Positions 1-15,083 are shown, counted from the first letter of the stretch. The stretch: 64,000 nt of DNA from Paraspadella gotoi (GCA_051294375.1 JBJCIZ010000239.1:3716461-3780460), one strand, 5' to 3'. Made by a program: numbers and translations. Notes: generated by a model not told the origin, from the letters alone.

Positions 1-92
1 TGGGTTGGTCACTGCAGGTCCAAAGCCCTGAGCGCCAGCTGTCGGGAGATGCCTCACACCCCAGGCATCACACATGTCCGTCCGTTGCCATA
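1..92 (+). mobile_element. Family D copy truncated by the window edge
   Basis: Reverse complement of about 43170-43265; ends CGTTGCCATA. Confidence 0.75.
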
Positions 93-1579
93 GAATCTTA
101 CTTCTGAGTCCCGACTATTAAAACAACAAAACGTTTTACAGATTTACTGTTACTTTTTAGTTATTCTTCCTTTTCGTTGTACATGTTGTACATGTACAAT
201 ATAAACTATTTAAACCTACCTTTCTGTAGTTAGTATTTCATAATTAAAAAAAAACTACGATCTAAGTTTAATTTCGTTTAGTTTACAAAAAAAAAATTAA
301 TGTAACTGTTAAATAAGTAGTTCAGTTATGAAAAAATAAAGATGTTTCTAGATTTAAAAAAAAAAAAGAAAATAAGAAAAAAAGAAAAGCGACGGCGTGA
401 AACAATTATTATGAGCGAAGGTTGAGGAGGTTAAGTCGGCGTGACGGACGATGGAGCCTCGCTTCCATCCAGGTGGTCATTCTGGTCAGGCCCGGTCAGA
501 CCTGGTCACCTCCCCCCTCTTCCTCCCCTTACTTTTACCCTCTCTCCCGCTCTTCCTCTCTTTTTCTCCCACCCTTTTTAAACAACAAGGCACTGTGGTC
601 TGCTAAATAGGACAGCCTCGAGAGTGAGGACGAATTCCTTTCAAGTCAATAATTCAATTTAAATTTCATATAACGTGTTTTAAACGTTCATGTAATATTT
701 TTTATTTGTATTTACGAGATAATTGATAATAAAACTTAACATCTTTTTACAGTTACGAGAGTTATATAGTTACGTAGCGATGAAATGCCCACTTATATCT
801 TGTATTACAAGTTGTAATAAGGAGTCTTGTAAGTAAAATTTAGAAATTTTTTTTTTTTCTGTTTTAGTACAACTTAAGGGGACAAAGGAATTTTTATAAA
901 TTTGGGATTTTAAAGGAGCTTGAAAATTAAAAATACTTTAATATTATACATATCATAATATTATTAATTTATTATAGATTTTATTATTTATCATCTTTAC
1001 CAGGCGAGAAGAAAGTGGTAAAAAACTGTTCCCACTGCAAAGAACAGTGGCAGAGTAAAAAAGAGCAAGAAGAAGATGGCCGACCCCAAAAAATGGCAAA
1101 AAGAACAAAAAAAAATAATGGCAAAAAGGAAAGATGGCGAAAATCTCCTTAACCCGAGTTCGTCTTTTTTTTTGGCCTCTTCAATGAAGCGTCGAGGGCG
1201 GAAGCGGCGGAAGCGACGTCGTGGGCGGCGGAAGCGGTATTCGTGGGCAGCGGAAGCGGTATTCGTTGGCAAAAGGAGGCGGATAAAGCGGTGGCTCAGG
1301 AGGCGATGGAGTACTCAAGTCGATTCTTTATTATGGAGAAAGGGAATTAATTGCGGTGAATAACTATTGATTCTATTTTTCCCTATTCTCGTCGTCGTCA
1401 TCGTCGTAGTCGTCGTCGTTGTTGTCATTGTTTGGTTACTTCCCGTTACTTGAACAAAACAACGAAATATCACAAACCGCTAACCGCTAACGCTTCTTTT
1501 GAGCAAAAGGGTTTCGGGTTCCGGCCCTCGTGGTAGCCAGGTGGATGGATGCGGAACTCCGGCAGCCAAGCATCTGAGC

Positions 1580-1645
1580 GAAAAATTGCCCAGACCTACT
1601 TTGCATATAAAGTGTGGAGGCTATCCACACCGTCAGAGGGACACT
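1580..1645 (+). repeat. Dispersed repeat shared with 38100-38170 (inverted)
   Basis: AAAAATTGCCCAGACCTAC..AAGTGTGGAGGCTATCCAC..CAGAG matches the reverse complement of 38105-38168. Confidence 0.55.
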
Positions 1646-1732
1646 TATAGTCCTATTTTTATTTACTTAAAACAATTAAGTTATGATCGAAAGAGTCGAT
1701 CAATTGTTACTTTGTTCAATGGAATACTTCTC

Positions 1733-1870
1733 TCGTCGGGCATTGCAATATGAGAATGTAACCCGGAGGCCCATTTGGGAAATACCGTCAGCTCATGACC
1801 ATTAGGTACCGGGATCGATCCTCAAGGTTACCTACTCGGCGGGAAACGTGAGGACGGCCGTAAACCGTAA
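1733..1870 (+). mobile_element. Degenerate partial family A copy
   Basis: GTCGGGCATTG...CAGCTCATGACC..TAGGTACCGGG...GAGGACGGCCGTAAACCG shared with the other copies. Confidence 0.6.
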
Positions 1871-4800
1871 ACCGCCCAGACCCGCTCCATTGCATCTGAG
1901 GCGCACAGAAGATACGGAATAAACTTAAAACTCTGTCTGTCGGTTGAGATCCGTAACCGGAACATCTTTCCTCCTTTCTGTCAAAACCTAATTTGAAAAT
2001 GTTCTTGAAGAAAAAATCAGTAACTCGTTAACTCATTTTCTTCTCATTTTCTCTTTATTTTTATTTTTTTTCTTTAGTCGCGGCGAGACGCGACTCAAAA
2101 AGAACGCCTTTTGGGTCTGTCTGTCTATCTGGCAATATTCAAAAAAATATAGAGAGCTGATTTTATCTTTTTAAAAAATTATATATTAATATTATAAATA
2201 TGGTAATGAGGCTTTTCCTTATCGCGCGGTTTTGAATTAAAAAAAAAAACAAGTTTTATAAACTAACAATAATTTTTTTATAACTTTAGGGAAAAACAGT
2301 AAAATGTTTCAACTCTTGTTCATTTCAATTAAAAAAATCATTGTTTATCAACAAATTTATTATTAATACTTTTATTATAAAATTATCAGTTTATTTTTTT
2401 TGTACATCAATATTTTAATATCAACATTTTCTGTTATGTAAAATAAAAAAAGAAATATCAGAAAGAAAAAAAAATCTATTTAAAAAAAAATGAGCGACGC
2501 GACTCATTGAACGCTACATTCAACTTCCTTTTTTAGTTGCACGCGGAGTCACTTTTTGGTCGGTCCGTTGGTCTGTCCCACTTACGTAAAAATTGCTCAT
2601 AACTTGCATATAGTTGGTTTATCATTTGTTAAAACAGAAAAAAAATAAATATAAGGGACTGCAAGACTAAGAAATTTATTATAGTCATGTAGTCATGTCA
2701 TGTCACGTTATTGTCGTGTCATAAGGCAGTCACTGCGGCGCAACACATTTAAATTACCGTTCTTGTTTTTCTTTCCCTTCTTCCTCCTTTATTTTTCTTT
2801 TTTTTCGTTCACCCGAGAATCGCGGACGAAAAGAGAAAAATAGTTACGATGAATAAAAAAGAGAAAAAATAGTTGTTGTTGTTGTTGTTGTTTCTTGCTT
2901 TCTTGCTTGCTTTCTTCTTCATGTGTTGATTTGGTTCCGNNNNNNNNNNNNNNNNNNNNNNNNNTTTTCTCTGTTTTTTTCAAACCTTTCCAAGCTGGTG
3001 AGTTAGTTAATTTTCCTTTAAAAAGCCTCCAGCGGAACCGACTCGTTTTCCGCTCGNNNNNNNNNNNNNNNNNNNNNNNNNNNNNNNNNNNNNNNNNNNN
3101 NNNNNNNNNNNNNNNNNNNNNNNNNNNNNNNNNNNNNNNNNNNNNNNNNNNNNNNNNNNNNNNNNNNNNNNNNNNNNNNNNNNNNNNNNNNNNNNNNNNN
3201 NNNNNNNNNNNNNNNNNNNNNNNNNNNNNNNNAGCGACAGCGGACGACGCCGGAGTTTAACCTTTTGTTTTGCTTTTTTTTCATTTTGTTTCGTTGTTTT
3301 TTTTGTTTAGTTTTCTGTTTTCTTTTTTCGGTGCTGAGGAGAAAGAAATAAAAGTAGAAAACCTGAAGAGAGAAACGATGCGTTGAGCGCAAACGACGCT
3401 ATTTTGGGTCATTGACTCTTTATGACACAATGAAATGTACTTGTCTATTTCCTTCTTTCTTTCTTTCTTTCTTTCTTTCTTTCAAGAGAGAAGATAATGG
3501 TGCATTCGAGCTTGCGAAAACAAGCAAAGATGTGTATGATATGATTAATTCAGCTTATTTTGATTGTAGTAAACAATGTCCATGAGAGTCATATTACATG
3601 GGATGGTGCGTTTTTCCTATCTCGTTACATCAGGCCAATATTTTAGAAGACTGAAGAATATGTGTGGTCTGATAATAAACGAAGAAGAGAAAAGAAAATC
3701 GGATCTGAGAAGAAAAGAAATAAATATAAAATAATCTATTTAAACCCGCCACATAAAAAAGGATCTGCAATCGAATTCTGTCTCCTAACGACTCATTCGT
3801 AAAATACCGTCTACAGATTCATTAACCTATCCTAATTATTTCGTGTTAAATATTATTTTCTATCAAAATATTTTATTCAAATCCTTGAGTTTATCCGCGC
3901 ACGTCCAATCACTTATACTTCTTGAGTCTATCCGTTTAACGCCTTAGCATTTAATTCGCTTAATCTTAATCACGCCTTAATTGCTCCTGATTTAGCCCCA
4001 CTTACGTAGCAAATTGCTCATGGCATAACATTGGTAGCATATAAGTCTCGCTGTAACTATTTAATCCCCATTAATCTTTAATTCTCTTGGGTTTAATCAA
4101 TTATAAAACTACTAACAATGAAAAATAAAAATAAAATAATAACCTAATCTAGAGACTTAAGCATTTAGAGACTAAGACCAATTTATTATAGTTTATAAGT
4201 TACGTTCATAGATCACCTCGATCACGTTATGTCGTGTCATATAGCAGTCACTTAATCATGTCGTAAGCGCAACACATCTTAAATTACGCGTTCTGTTTTT
4301 CTTCTAACATCCTACTTACTTCCTTCGCTTCCATTAAATTTTCTTCTTAATCTCTTAATCTATCTCTCGAGAGTTCACTTAAACATTTAATCCCTAATCT
4401 CAAGTCCTTAACATTTAACCCATTAAAACGAGTTTACATCCTAATCTTAAATAACCTGACGTATAACTCTCATTGTACAGCGGACGAACCTATAAAGAAA
4501 ATTAATAATTACCTTAAGTTCTACGTACTATGAACACAAAAGATGAAAAAATAACGTTATGTTCAAGTTCTGAATGTATCGTTTATATTCTCTCTAGAAT
4601 TTGTAGTCCCTAATCTTCCTTAGGCTTGACTTTCCTTATTTCTTGAATAGTTGATCATTTTGGTTCTCAGATCAAGGCCTTAATTCTCATTATTTTTTAG
4701 TTTAAAAATTGGTTAGATGATTTACGTTGAGTATCTTTTTATTGTAACTTCTTGATATGTTTAAATATCTGCAAAACGTTATTGTTGTTTTCAAGTAAAT

Positions 4801-7800
4801 CGTTGTTTCCGTTCCAGTCACTATGTTCTATGTTAGTTTCTTGTTTCTATATAAACGACATGGCCTGAGAATTAATAATTATAATAAATAAATCTCTGAG
4901 ATAATCAGAGCTAGGACCAACTAGTATTCTTGTATAATCTCACTGTTTTTGTTTTACAAACGACGTTTGCACCAAAGCTGCGATGGATGGTAAAATTTCG
5001 ATTTATGCTAATAATTTTCCCTTTAATAACAGCCATATGTCACTACGAAGGAAGACCTACTATTACCGAGCTCGTTTTTCCGCTCGGATGCCCTCACCCA
5101 GTAATGGCACAGCAGGTTGACAGGATGCCTTGAATATACGTACTTATTCAAAAATTAATATAGACAAATAATCCATAGTTTTATCGTCTTAAAAATCCGT
5201 AAGCGAGATATAAAAGAGAGTGATTAGTTATATCGGTGCGTTTATCCTCCGGTAAAGGAGTAAAAAATAAAGTAACGATGAGCAGCTTTCTTGGGCAACT
5301 TCCGTTATCTTCGCGAGGAAGTTTAGGGACGCTTTTTATATAAACTTCGAGCAGTATATTATTGTGTTTTGACATTTTTTTTCCATATCTCATGTTTTCG
5401 TGTGTGGAGAGTTTTGTGTCTGTTTTTTTCCTGCTATTTGTTTTAGAAAGCAAAAATTTTTTTTTTGCAGTGGTAATTCATATATAACAAGTTATCTTTT
5501 CGGTGTCCTGCTTTTGTCAGTATGCAGGCAAATTTTGTAAAAAAAATATTTAATAAAGTCTCACGGCCATTCTATAGAAAAAATACTGAGGACAGTAGAG
5601 GAAGAAAAGCATGCGCATTTTGTGGAAAGGACCACCGCCACCTAAAACTGTGTTTCTGGCTCTCTCTCCAATCATCATCTCATCCGAGCTATTTTGCTGC
5701 GGGCTCATTGCACTCTTCTCTCATCTCGATGCTCACATCTCATCTCTCAAATCGTCACTCTCTCATCGTTCATCTCTCTCTGCTCTAGTCGTCACCTTCC
5801 TTTCTTTCTTTCTTTATATCTTTTTCTTTGGTTCTTTCTTTCTTCTTTCTTTCTATTCTTTGCGTCTATGAACGGTATCTCTTTCTATGGTCTCATTCGT
5901 ATTCATACTTTTTCTTATTCTCTTCTTTCTCTTTTACTTTCTATCCTATCTTTTCCTTAAATCTTCTTTTTTTCACTAGTCATCCATTTCTTGTCTTTAC
6001 CTTTCTTTCTTATTTAAATTTTACAGAGATAATCTTGGCCTAATCTCTGATGTAAAAACGTACGTTTCTCCTTGGTATTTAAAACTCGTCAATGACTGAA
6101 TCTCTGTGCGGAACGGATTGGCATAGGTAACAAACCAAAAACTCCGATGAGGCATGCGATACAGATTCACCAGATAAGTGGCCTGGCCGTGGGGCACCTC
6201 CATGGAGCCATTGAGGGGGATATATCGTCGGGTGCTGGGGCCTCTCTCTCTCCCCCTACTCTATCCCTCCTCCCCCTCCTCCTCTCCTCTCTTCCCTCTC
6301 CTCCTCTTTCTCTGCTCTCTCCTGCTCACTCTGCAATTGCTGTTTACACCTTTTTATGCCTTCGTCTACTATGGCTCGCCCTAACGGCCGCCGCTACAGA
6401 ATCACTGCCCGAGAATAAAAAAAAAAACAAATGACAAACGAGCGTCNNNNNNNNNNNNNNNNNNNNNNNNNAACGACGTCTGCGCGTGATTCAGTCGAGA
6501 ATCCAGATTCGCTCCGCCATAAAAACAGCTTCTCTCTTATATCATGCGGGAAATATTGATTTAATGGAATTAGGCGGTTAATGGGTATGACATTGGAACA
6601 ACCAATATAAAATTAGTTATTAATCCAATAACTATGATATTTCGCCCCTGACTTTGGAGAACCTGGCTCATATAACCTCATTTATATTGTTATACGACTG
6701 TTAAATCCGAAAAAATAACGGAACTGTTAGTTTTCTAGAGTTTAAAAATAATGATTTATAATTATGAGAGCTCGAAATTAAATACATATCTTGGTTAACA
6801 GTCGCTACTAGTGAGCTTAGCCTGCAACGTACGTACACCGTTCCCGTTGCGCATGCGGGCCGCTCAAAACCGTGTCCGGCCAATTTCGGTCGCCAACATC
6901 GTGCTCGGTGTTGATTAAGGGACGGCTGGGTGGTGAATTTCACTAAAATTAAGGGACGTCTGGGTGGTAAATTTCACTAAAATTTTTGAACAGTTCCGCA
7001 TGCAAACATCGACAAAAAAGTGTTATCGTATGAAAAGAAAAGGTATATACCTCCGATTGGGTCAAATTGTCATCGAAATAGCTGCTCCTTTGTGGTCTTA
7101 ATCATTCTCGTTTTATTCATATTTTGTTAGAAATCCTTTACAACATCCCAAATACGTCGACAAGTTGGATCAGAGAAATGTAAATTTTTTTACTGGTTGG
7201 CAAAAGAGAAGAACTGATTTTATATTTTTTTCTTTTTTGTAATTTTGATTGTAATCTTTATTTATTTGCGCGAGTTTCCAGTTTCCATTTTTAAGAGAGA
7301 AAAAAAAACAGATAGAGAAAAAAAATATAAAAAAGATGGCTTTAATTCAAAACGTTTATGTTTCGTGACGGACGTATTTCATTTAAAATTCTAACTGCAA
7401 TTTTTTTTTTTTTGAAAATGAAGTGGGCCGTAAGTCTGTCAATAAGTCCGTTATAATCAAACCGACACTGTTTCGTCTTATACATTTTTCGGAGATTTTT
7501 TTTTTGTCGCCCTCGTTTTCTGTCGCCGCACAATTTATGTTTTACTTCTCAACAGAATCTTATTTTTTGGGTTCGAGATTAAAACGAGGGCGGAAGGTCG
7601 TTTGAGAATTGAGTGGGAAAGGGCGGTTAAGGGGAGAGTAAGGGACGAGGGGTAAGGTAAGGTAAGGGCAAGACGTGGACAAGGTGGTAAAATAGTGATA
7701 AGGTTATGAGATGGTGATAGCGAGGGAAGATAGTGATAATGATTAGCGGATAGGAGGCTGAAAAGAAGGTAAGATAGATAAGATAGTGATAAGTTAGTGA

Positions 7801-8037
7801 TAAGGGGTTATAAAGTGGATGAGATGACATTAGAATGGGGGCGAGGGCGGGAGACGTTACGGGTGACGGGCGGGGAACGTCAAAGGGGCGTTACGCCGAA
7901 CGGGTTTTCGTGTGTAACGGGACGCGGGATGTCGAAGGTCCTCGTCTTGGGGTCTTGAGGGGCCAGAAAGCTCGAGTTGATTAGGGTTGGGAAGATATAG
8001 AGCGTGGGAAAAATATGAGAGAGAGAGAGAGAGCGGC

Positions 8038-8079
<42 letters not shown>

Positions 8080-8087
8080 AGAGAGAG

Positions 8088-8122
<35 letters not shown>

Positions 8123-8554
8123 AGAAGATGCACAAGTTCTTGCTGATTGCCTAATGTTTTTCGCACATCCCTTAGCTTTAAAGCCGTACATCTTTTTTCA
8201 GAATCTTGCGACCAGTAAAAAAACATATATCGTATTTTGTTATATTTTCGTCACCCCCCGAACAAAAGTTTCAATAACTTCCTCATCTTTTTTCTTAACT
8301 TACTTTCGGTGAGTCGATGTGATTCACTCTCTTCGCGACTCCTTCTCCATCTTTCTCACGACTCTCTCCCTCCCTCTCTCCGTTCGCCACTTTTTTTTAC
8401 TTTTCCTTTTTTATTTTCGTTTTTTTTTCGTTTTTTTTTCGTTTTTGTCCCAAAATTTTTGAAGAAAAAAAAATAGTTTCTTCCTTCTAAAAATTTTTCT
8501 TCAGCGTCGTTCGGTTCTTGGGAATTCGTTTATCGTTTAAAAAAAAAACTTTTC

Positions 8555-8892
8555 GGCTCTCTTTTCCAAAAACGCCCCATTTCTGTTACTTTATCTGAGT
8601 ATTTTATTTTAAGTAACTTATATATATATATATTTTTTTTACTTAAATATATTTTTAAACGGATAACCTAGTACTTTACCTTAATCCCTAACTTAATCTT
8701 AACTTAATCTTTAACCATATATACTTAATTTCTAGCCCTAACCCCCCAACTTAATCCCTAACCTTAATCACTAACCTAATCCTTAATTTAATCCCTCAAC
8801 CTTACCTAAATAATTTTTAACCTAATGCTTAACTTTAAATGTTAACCCGATTCCAAAATTAGTCGAAATGGGGCGTTCTGAGAAAATATGGC
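8555..8892 (-). mobile_element. TIR element with internal degenerate telomere-like (CCTAA/CCTTAA) repeats
   Basis: Imperfect ~30-bp TIRs (TTTTCCAAAAACGCCCCATTTC / GAAATGGGGCGTTCTGAGAAAA); relatives at 16207-17027, 26347-26600, ~38745-39115. Confidence 0.7.
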
Positions 8893-9568
8893 CAACTTTT
8901 TTTCCCTACTTTTTATGTATTTATTTTTTTGGCTAGTTGCGATTTTTCCACTTTTTTTTCTTTTTTATATATTGACTCTACATTTTATTTGCCTGCTCTT
9001 TCTCTGCTTCATCTCACGAGCAAAAAAAAAACAAGTTTTTCCACGGTCTGTTTTTTTTTTAAACAACATTTTTTGCCATTCGTAAAAATGAAAAATATTT
9101 CGTACAATTTTAAAATATTTTACACGGTGATTTTTACGAAGTGATTTTTTTTTTTGTTCCGCAGTTTTTTTTTAGTATTTGTTTTTAGATTAAATTATAA
9201 TCAATTTTTTTTATCGTTGTTTTCTTGATGTTTTTTCGTTGTGTTTTTTTTATAAACAGAGTAAGTTTCGAACTCGATGTTATAAAGGACCTCTTGGGGA
9301 GGGGGCTTTGGGTAAGGTTTCACATTACAATTCTATAAAAAAATAATTACATATGATTTCGAGGAGCGAAAAAAATGGTTTTTTTTTTACTCCATATCTT
9401 AAGGCGATGATGAAGATTTCTGGAGGAAAGAAATACTTATTAGGCAATGGTCTGATTTTTATTTGGAAATACATATATGCCGACGCAGAAATAAAAGTAA
9501 AAGAGAAGAAGAAGAAGGAAGAATAGATAGAGAAGGAGGAGAGGAGAGGAGAGAAGAGAGAGAGAGAT

Positions 9569-9607
<39 letters not shown>

Positions 9608-12600
9608 CGAGATTGAATTGAATTGGTATTAAAGGTAAAACGCGGGCTGTTTGGCTACGAATCTGTGCCGCCTGAGAAGCTACAAAGAGAGAGAGAGAAG
9701 AGAGAGAGAAGAGAGAGAGAGATGAGAGAGAGTAGATGACGAGAGAGAGAGGAGAGAGACTAGATAGAGAGACAAGAGCATTTTCTCCCGCAACTCGAGC
9801 TCCTGTCTTCTCAATCGAAGAGCGTGGAAAAAACCGTTCAAAAAAATAAAAAAAAAAGCACGAGGGAAACGGCACATCAGCAAAAAAAAAACGAAAAAAA
9901 ACTACGAACGCACGCAGCCAGGTTCTCAACGCACCCAGTCGCACGCACACCAGTTTTCCACGACGGCCAGCATTTCGCAGCGGCCAGTTTCGCACGCGGC
10001 CAGTTTCGTACACGTTTGCAGAGCGGAAAAAAAAAGTTAACCTCCGCGACCGGAAATGAGCGAGAAGAAAGAAAAGAAGGTGAGAAAACGCGTCGGATCT
10101 TCTCGTTCTGGAGGGTGAGGATATCTTCGTGGAGAAGGAGGAGGAGGAAGGGGAGGAGGAGGGAGGAAGGAGCGAGGTAAGGAGGAGGAGGAGGGCGGGA
10201 ATGAAAGCTATACAAACCGCAATGACAACGGTTCCGGATAATTTGACCAAATAAATTAAATAAATACATAAAACGAAGAAAAGATAATTGGGTTGAAACA
10301 TATGTCATATAGTTGCAGGTCTTTGAATGTTAGAAAATCTCTCTCTCTCTCTCTCTCTGCCTCTCTCTCTCTCTCTCTCTCTCTCTCGAATTCTCTCTCT
10401 CTCTCTTCTCCTCTCTCTCTCTCTCTCCTCTCTTTTCTTCTCGCGCCCCAGACCTCACTGACTCACAGCGACGCTTTTGTGAATTTCTCACGTTTTTATG
10501 TCATCAGTGAGAAAAACCTAAGCTCATCCTCGAGGATTTTTTTTTTCGTTTCCCGAAATCCAGAGTGGAGATCCAGAGTTGTATAAATTACAAATTATAC
10601 TATAATTACAAAAATACAGAATTCTTTATAAACTTCATTACTCCGTCGGTTAGAACGACGAGCGAAAAACTTTACCCTATTTAATAAAGGTTTAGCTTCG
10701 TTTAGTTTACAAACGTAAACCAAACTTTTCTCTCTTTTCTCTCTTTAAAAATGAATCTCATATTCTAACAATTAGCCAATTCGATTTCATTCGCTTTTCC
10801 AATTTAAATAAATGGACTAGTCCCATTTTGTTCGCCATTTTTATCTCGACCATCTACAATTTTCCAATCCATAAACTTGTGTCATCCAGGAAATCGAGTT
10901 TGTGACAGAAGCCGCCATCTTCGCGGGGTTTCTTTTTGGAGGGGGGGGGCGGGAAATGTTGTTCTTAATGTTTTTTTTATTTTCGGCTATGAGAAATAGT
11001 ATGGCGCATATAGAATATATGGCCGTGGCGCGTAGGGTGGACAACTTAGTACTTAGACGCTGGAAAGGGGCGGGGCTTGTCTATGAGAGTGCGAAAGAAA
11101 GAAAGAAAAGAAAAAAGAAAGAAAGAAAGAAAGAAAGAAAGAAAAAAAGAAAAAAAGAAAAAAAGAAAGAAAGAAAAAAAGAAACAGGGAAACTAAAAAC
11201 CTAGAAAAAAAGTAACAAAAAAGAAAAACGATGATAATAAAAAAGAATAGAGACAAAAAAAGAAAAAAAAATACAGAAAAGACTAAGTGTCTGATTTTCG
11301 TTAGAAACGCAGGGCGTTGACTGGACGTGAGCGGAGCGTGAGCGCAGCGTGAGAATCTTCACTCGTGAAGACATCGGTTGTCACTGAATTAATATTGAAA
11401 AAGAGAGAGAAGGGAAAGAAAAAGAAATAAAAAAATGACGAGAAAAAAAAAAAGAAAAAGCGAGAAAAAGGCTTCTAGAGGATTTGGTTTTTAATGGATT
11501 TTTTTATGCTTTTATATTTTTTTTTATTATTACACAATGTATTTTTATTTTTAAGAAAACACTTACTCTTTTTTTACTCCGTAAACGATCGTATTCATTT
11601 TTATAAACATGAATACGATCGTAAACAAAGTAAGAAAATTTGAGTTGGTGATATATACCCTGCGCCCCGGGTATTACAGGATGTTCCACTCTGGACAAAC
11701 AAGCACCAATTATTCCCGACAACCAACTTTTTTTCTTTCCAACATTTTTCTCCTGTTCACTAGTTGAATATCAACATCGCCAGATGTCGTTCGCGGAAAT
11801 GAAAAATCATTTCGCAAAATTTCCATCGATTTATTTTATTCTGTTTTTTTTTTTTTTGAGGATGAGGAAGAGGAGCAGGAAGAAGAAGAGGAGGAAGAGG
11901 TGGTAGAGGAGGAGGAAGAAGAGGAGGAGGAAGAAGAGGAGGAGTAATAGAAGGAAGAGAAGGAAGAAGAGGATAGAGCGAGGAGTAAGAAAAAATAGGG
12001 AGGAAGAAGAGGAGGAGGGAAGAGGTAGAAGGGGAAGAGAGGAAGTAGTGGAGCGGAGAAGAAGAGGAAGAGGAGGGGGAAGAAAAGGAGGAGAAAAGGA
12101 GGAAGAGGAGAAAGGAAGAAGTGGAGGAAATATAGGAGGAAGAAAACAGAAGGAAGAGGAGGAGGAAGAGGAGGAAGTTAGTGGCAAGTAGCGGACTAAG
12201 CTCTGAGAACAAAGCCAGAGTTTTTTTAATATATTCTTTATTACCTTGGCCAATAGAATCGCATTGGCAATATTGTTAATATTAAGTTCAAAAAAATCCG
12301 TACCATTATAATATAGGAAAATATTAACCAAAAAATCTTCGGAAAAATTGACTCCCCTTCTTTGGAGATTTTTCGCCATTAGCAAGATTTCCCCGAATCT
12401 TGACTTCCCGGCTTTGAAAACTTTAAATTCCGATCGTTAAGCTCCTCTTTTACTTTTACTTTAAAATAAAAATTTCACCAAAATGCACCTAATTCACTTC
12501 CCATGATCGTATCATATCAAAATAACCAAATAAATGTAAAGAAAAAAATTTTGGAGTCCTTCATAGACATAGGCTATCGGATTCCTGAATTTGAAGTTTA

Positions 12601-13124
12601 TTGTAAAATTCACAACATATGTTAAATGCGTTGACCATTATATTGAAGTGAGAAATCCTTTATTTTATATATAAAAATTTGCGTCGAAAATATTTTCCCG
12701 AGCGGACCAAGTCCATTTTGAATCTGCATGGTTTGATGTCAAAACTGCATGGTATTTTGTCAAGAGAAAAAAAAATGCGAGCCCTTTTCAGATGCCAACA
12801 GGAAATTCGAATCGAGTGTTTTTACATCTTATTTTTTACCTGAATCTTTTCCCAGTGAGCGTGACATTATTTTGGTAGTCAGATTTTAACGAAAAAATCT
12901 CCATTTTTGAAAAAAGGTCTTCCTCGATTTCTAAGAACGACGTAGACTCCTAAGCTGGAAGAAGAAGAGGAAGAGGAGGGGGAAGAAGAGGAGGAGTAAC
13001 AAGAGGAAGAGGATTAAGAAGAAGAGGAAGATAACAAAGAAGAGGAAAGGGAGGAGAAGACAAACTTATTGGAGGAGAGATTGTTTAGTATAAATGACAC
13101 AAAAATTAGGACAACGAGTATTAT

Positions 13125-13346
13125 AGAAGATGACTATCCGTAACTTCTGTAAACCCCCTCTAGCAGCCATGGAACGAGTCCTGGGCTTGGAACCAGGCTT
13201 GAGGGGTTTCCATGCCCCCAGGGCGGCTTACGGCCGTCCTCACACTTCCCGGTAGGTACCGGGTTGGGATTGAACCCGGTACCTAGTGGTCATGAGCTGA
13301 AGGTGTCATGCTTAGAGGCGGGGTGAACTTTGCTATGCCCGACTAC
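13125..13346 (-). mobile_element. Family A copy (reverse orientation, internally deleted)
   Basis: Reverse complement matches 20028-20290. Confidence 0.8.
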
Positions 13347-13715
13347 TTTACGACTACAATATTTTAAAGTTTGTAAGTATGTTTCTTTTTTAATTGTACA
13401 GATAATATTTAACTTATTAAAGTAAAATAGATAAAATTAATGAAAAATTGGTTGTTCTTTTTTTTTTCTCCGATCCGTTACACTTGCCATCTTTTCGGAG
13501 TTAATTAGGTCGACCATCAGAAATCCGCCGATTGCCGGTTATGCTAATCATGATCATCATCATGATCATCATCATCATCATCATCCTTCGAGCGATTCTG
13601 TGCGAGAAAATTATTCATAAACTTTGGTTTCTCTCTTTGTTCGCGGATTTATTGGCGCAGCCACTGGTTCTTAATGCGGTGGGATTTTTTTTACTGATTT
13701 TTTTACTTACAGCAT

Positions 13716-13754
<39 letters not shown>

Positions 13755-13781
13755 TTTGTTTATTTTCCTTCTTTTATTCTC

Positions 13782-13845
<64 letters not shown>

Positions 13846-14098
13846 TCCTTCTTTCTTTCTTTCTTTCTTTCTTTTTTCTTTTCTCCGTTGCTACTTTTTT
13901 TCTGAACTCCTTAATGCCCTTTTGTTTTCGTCACCAGAGGCGCAGTAAAATAACTGAGTAGGAAAAATTACTCCTCGTAGGCAAAAACGAAAAAACACAA
14001 ACAAAAACAACGACAACGACGACGACGACGACGACAGAGGCTTCATGAAACGACCTCCAGAGCCGAAACTAAATGCAAAACAAATGCTGTTTTCCACA

Positions 14099-14133
<35 letters not shown>

Positions 14134-14385
14134 ATTCTTTTATTTTTCGTTCGCTAATGATAAACAAATAAAAATTCACTCTAAGTAAGTTGGTCCTGAC
14201 AACCTGACATTAATCGAAAAAAAAAAACTGTCTTGGAAAAAAAAAAAGTTAAAATTTTAAATGTTAAATGTTAAAATAATAAACAAAAAAGGTTACATTT
14301 TTACATTGCAAAATCAAAAACTTTCAAATTTAGTCATTTCAAGCGGCTGTTCAGTTCAGTCTTGTTCTTGTTACATATCTTGTAA

Positions 14386-14640
14386 GAGTGATGGAGGCCT
14401 TAAACCACCAAAGCCTGTCCAAAGTCAGGGGCAAGATAGCTTATTTATTAAATGAATGGATAATTTTTATATTGGTTGTACCAATTTCTTATCTTACTAT
14501 CATAAAATTGGTACAACAAATATCGAGATTATCCATTCATTCAATAAATAAGCTATCTCGTCCCTTTATTTCGAATTGGCTATGGTGTGTTAACGACTCC
14601 ATCCCTCCACACTAACTAGCAAACTTTCCATCAAGACTCC
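14386..14640. repeat. Foldback copy of a dispersed repeat (also at about 6595-6680, 41745-41890, 43150-43400, 56855-56910, 61655-62030)
   Basis: AGATAGCTTATTTATTAAATGAATGGATAAT..GTTGTACCAATTT and its inverse are separated by a short loop. Confidence 0.75.
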
Positions 14641-14759
14641 CTCTGTCAAGTTTATTATCATATCATTTTATTTGTTCAACAAAAAAACTTAACTTAACTT
14701 CCTATTGCAACTGAAAGATTCGAAGAAAAAGTGGGTTTAGTATATATTTTTTAGTTATT

Positions 14760-14858
<99 letters not shown>

Positions 14859-15039
14859 TTAGTTATTTATTTAGTTATTTTATTTAGTTATTTTATTTAG
14901 TCTTTTTTTTCTTTTATCTCTTGATCCGATTAATTCTACCAAACTTGTTTCTTTAATTTAAAAGAAAAAAAAGAAACGATTTAGAAATTCAGGGGTAGAG
15001 GATTCTCAAGGTTAAAGCTTTTTATTTCTCCACCCACGG

Positions 15040-15083
<44 letters not shown>

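Noticed and set aside
1004-1363. Lys/Arg-rich ORF after a CAG acceptor-like site (MADPKKWQKEQKK)
   Set aside because: No recognisable domain or partner exons; possibly a transposon remnant, but unsupported
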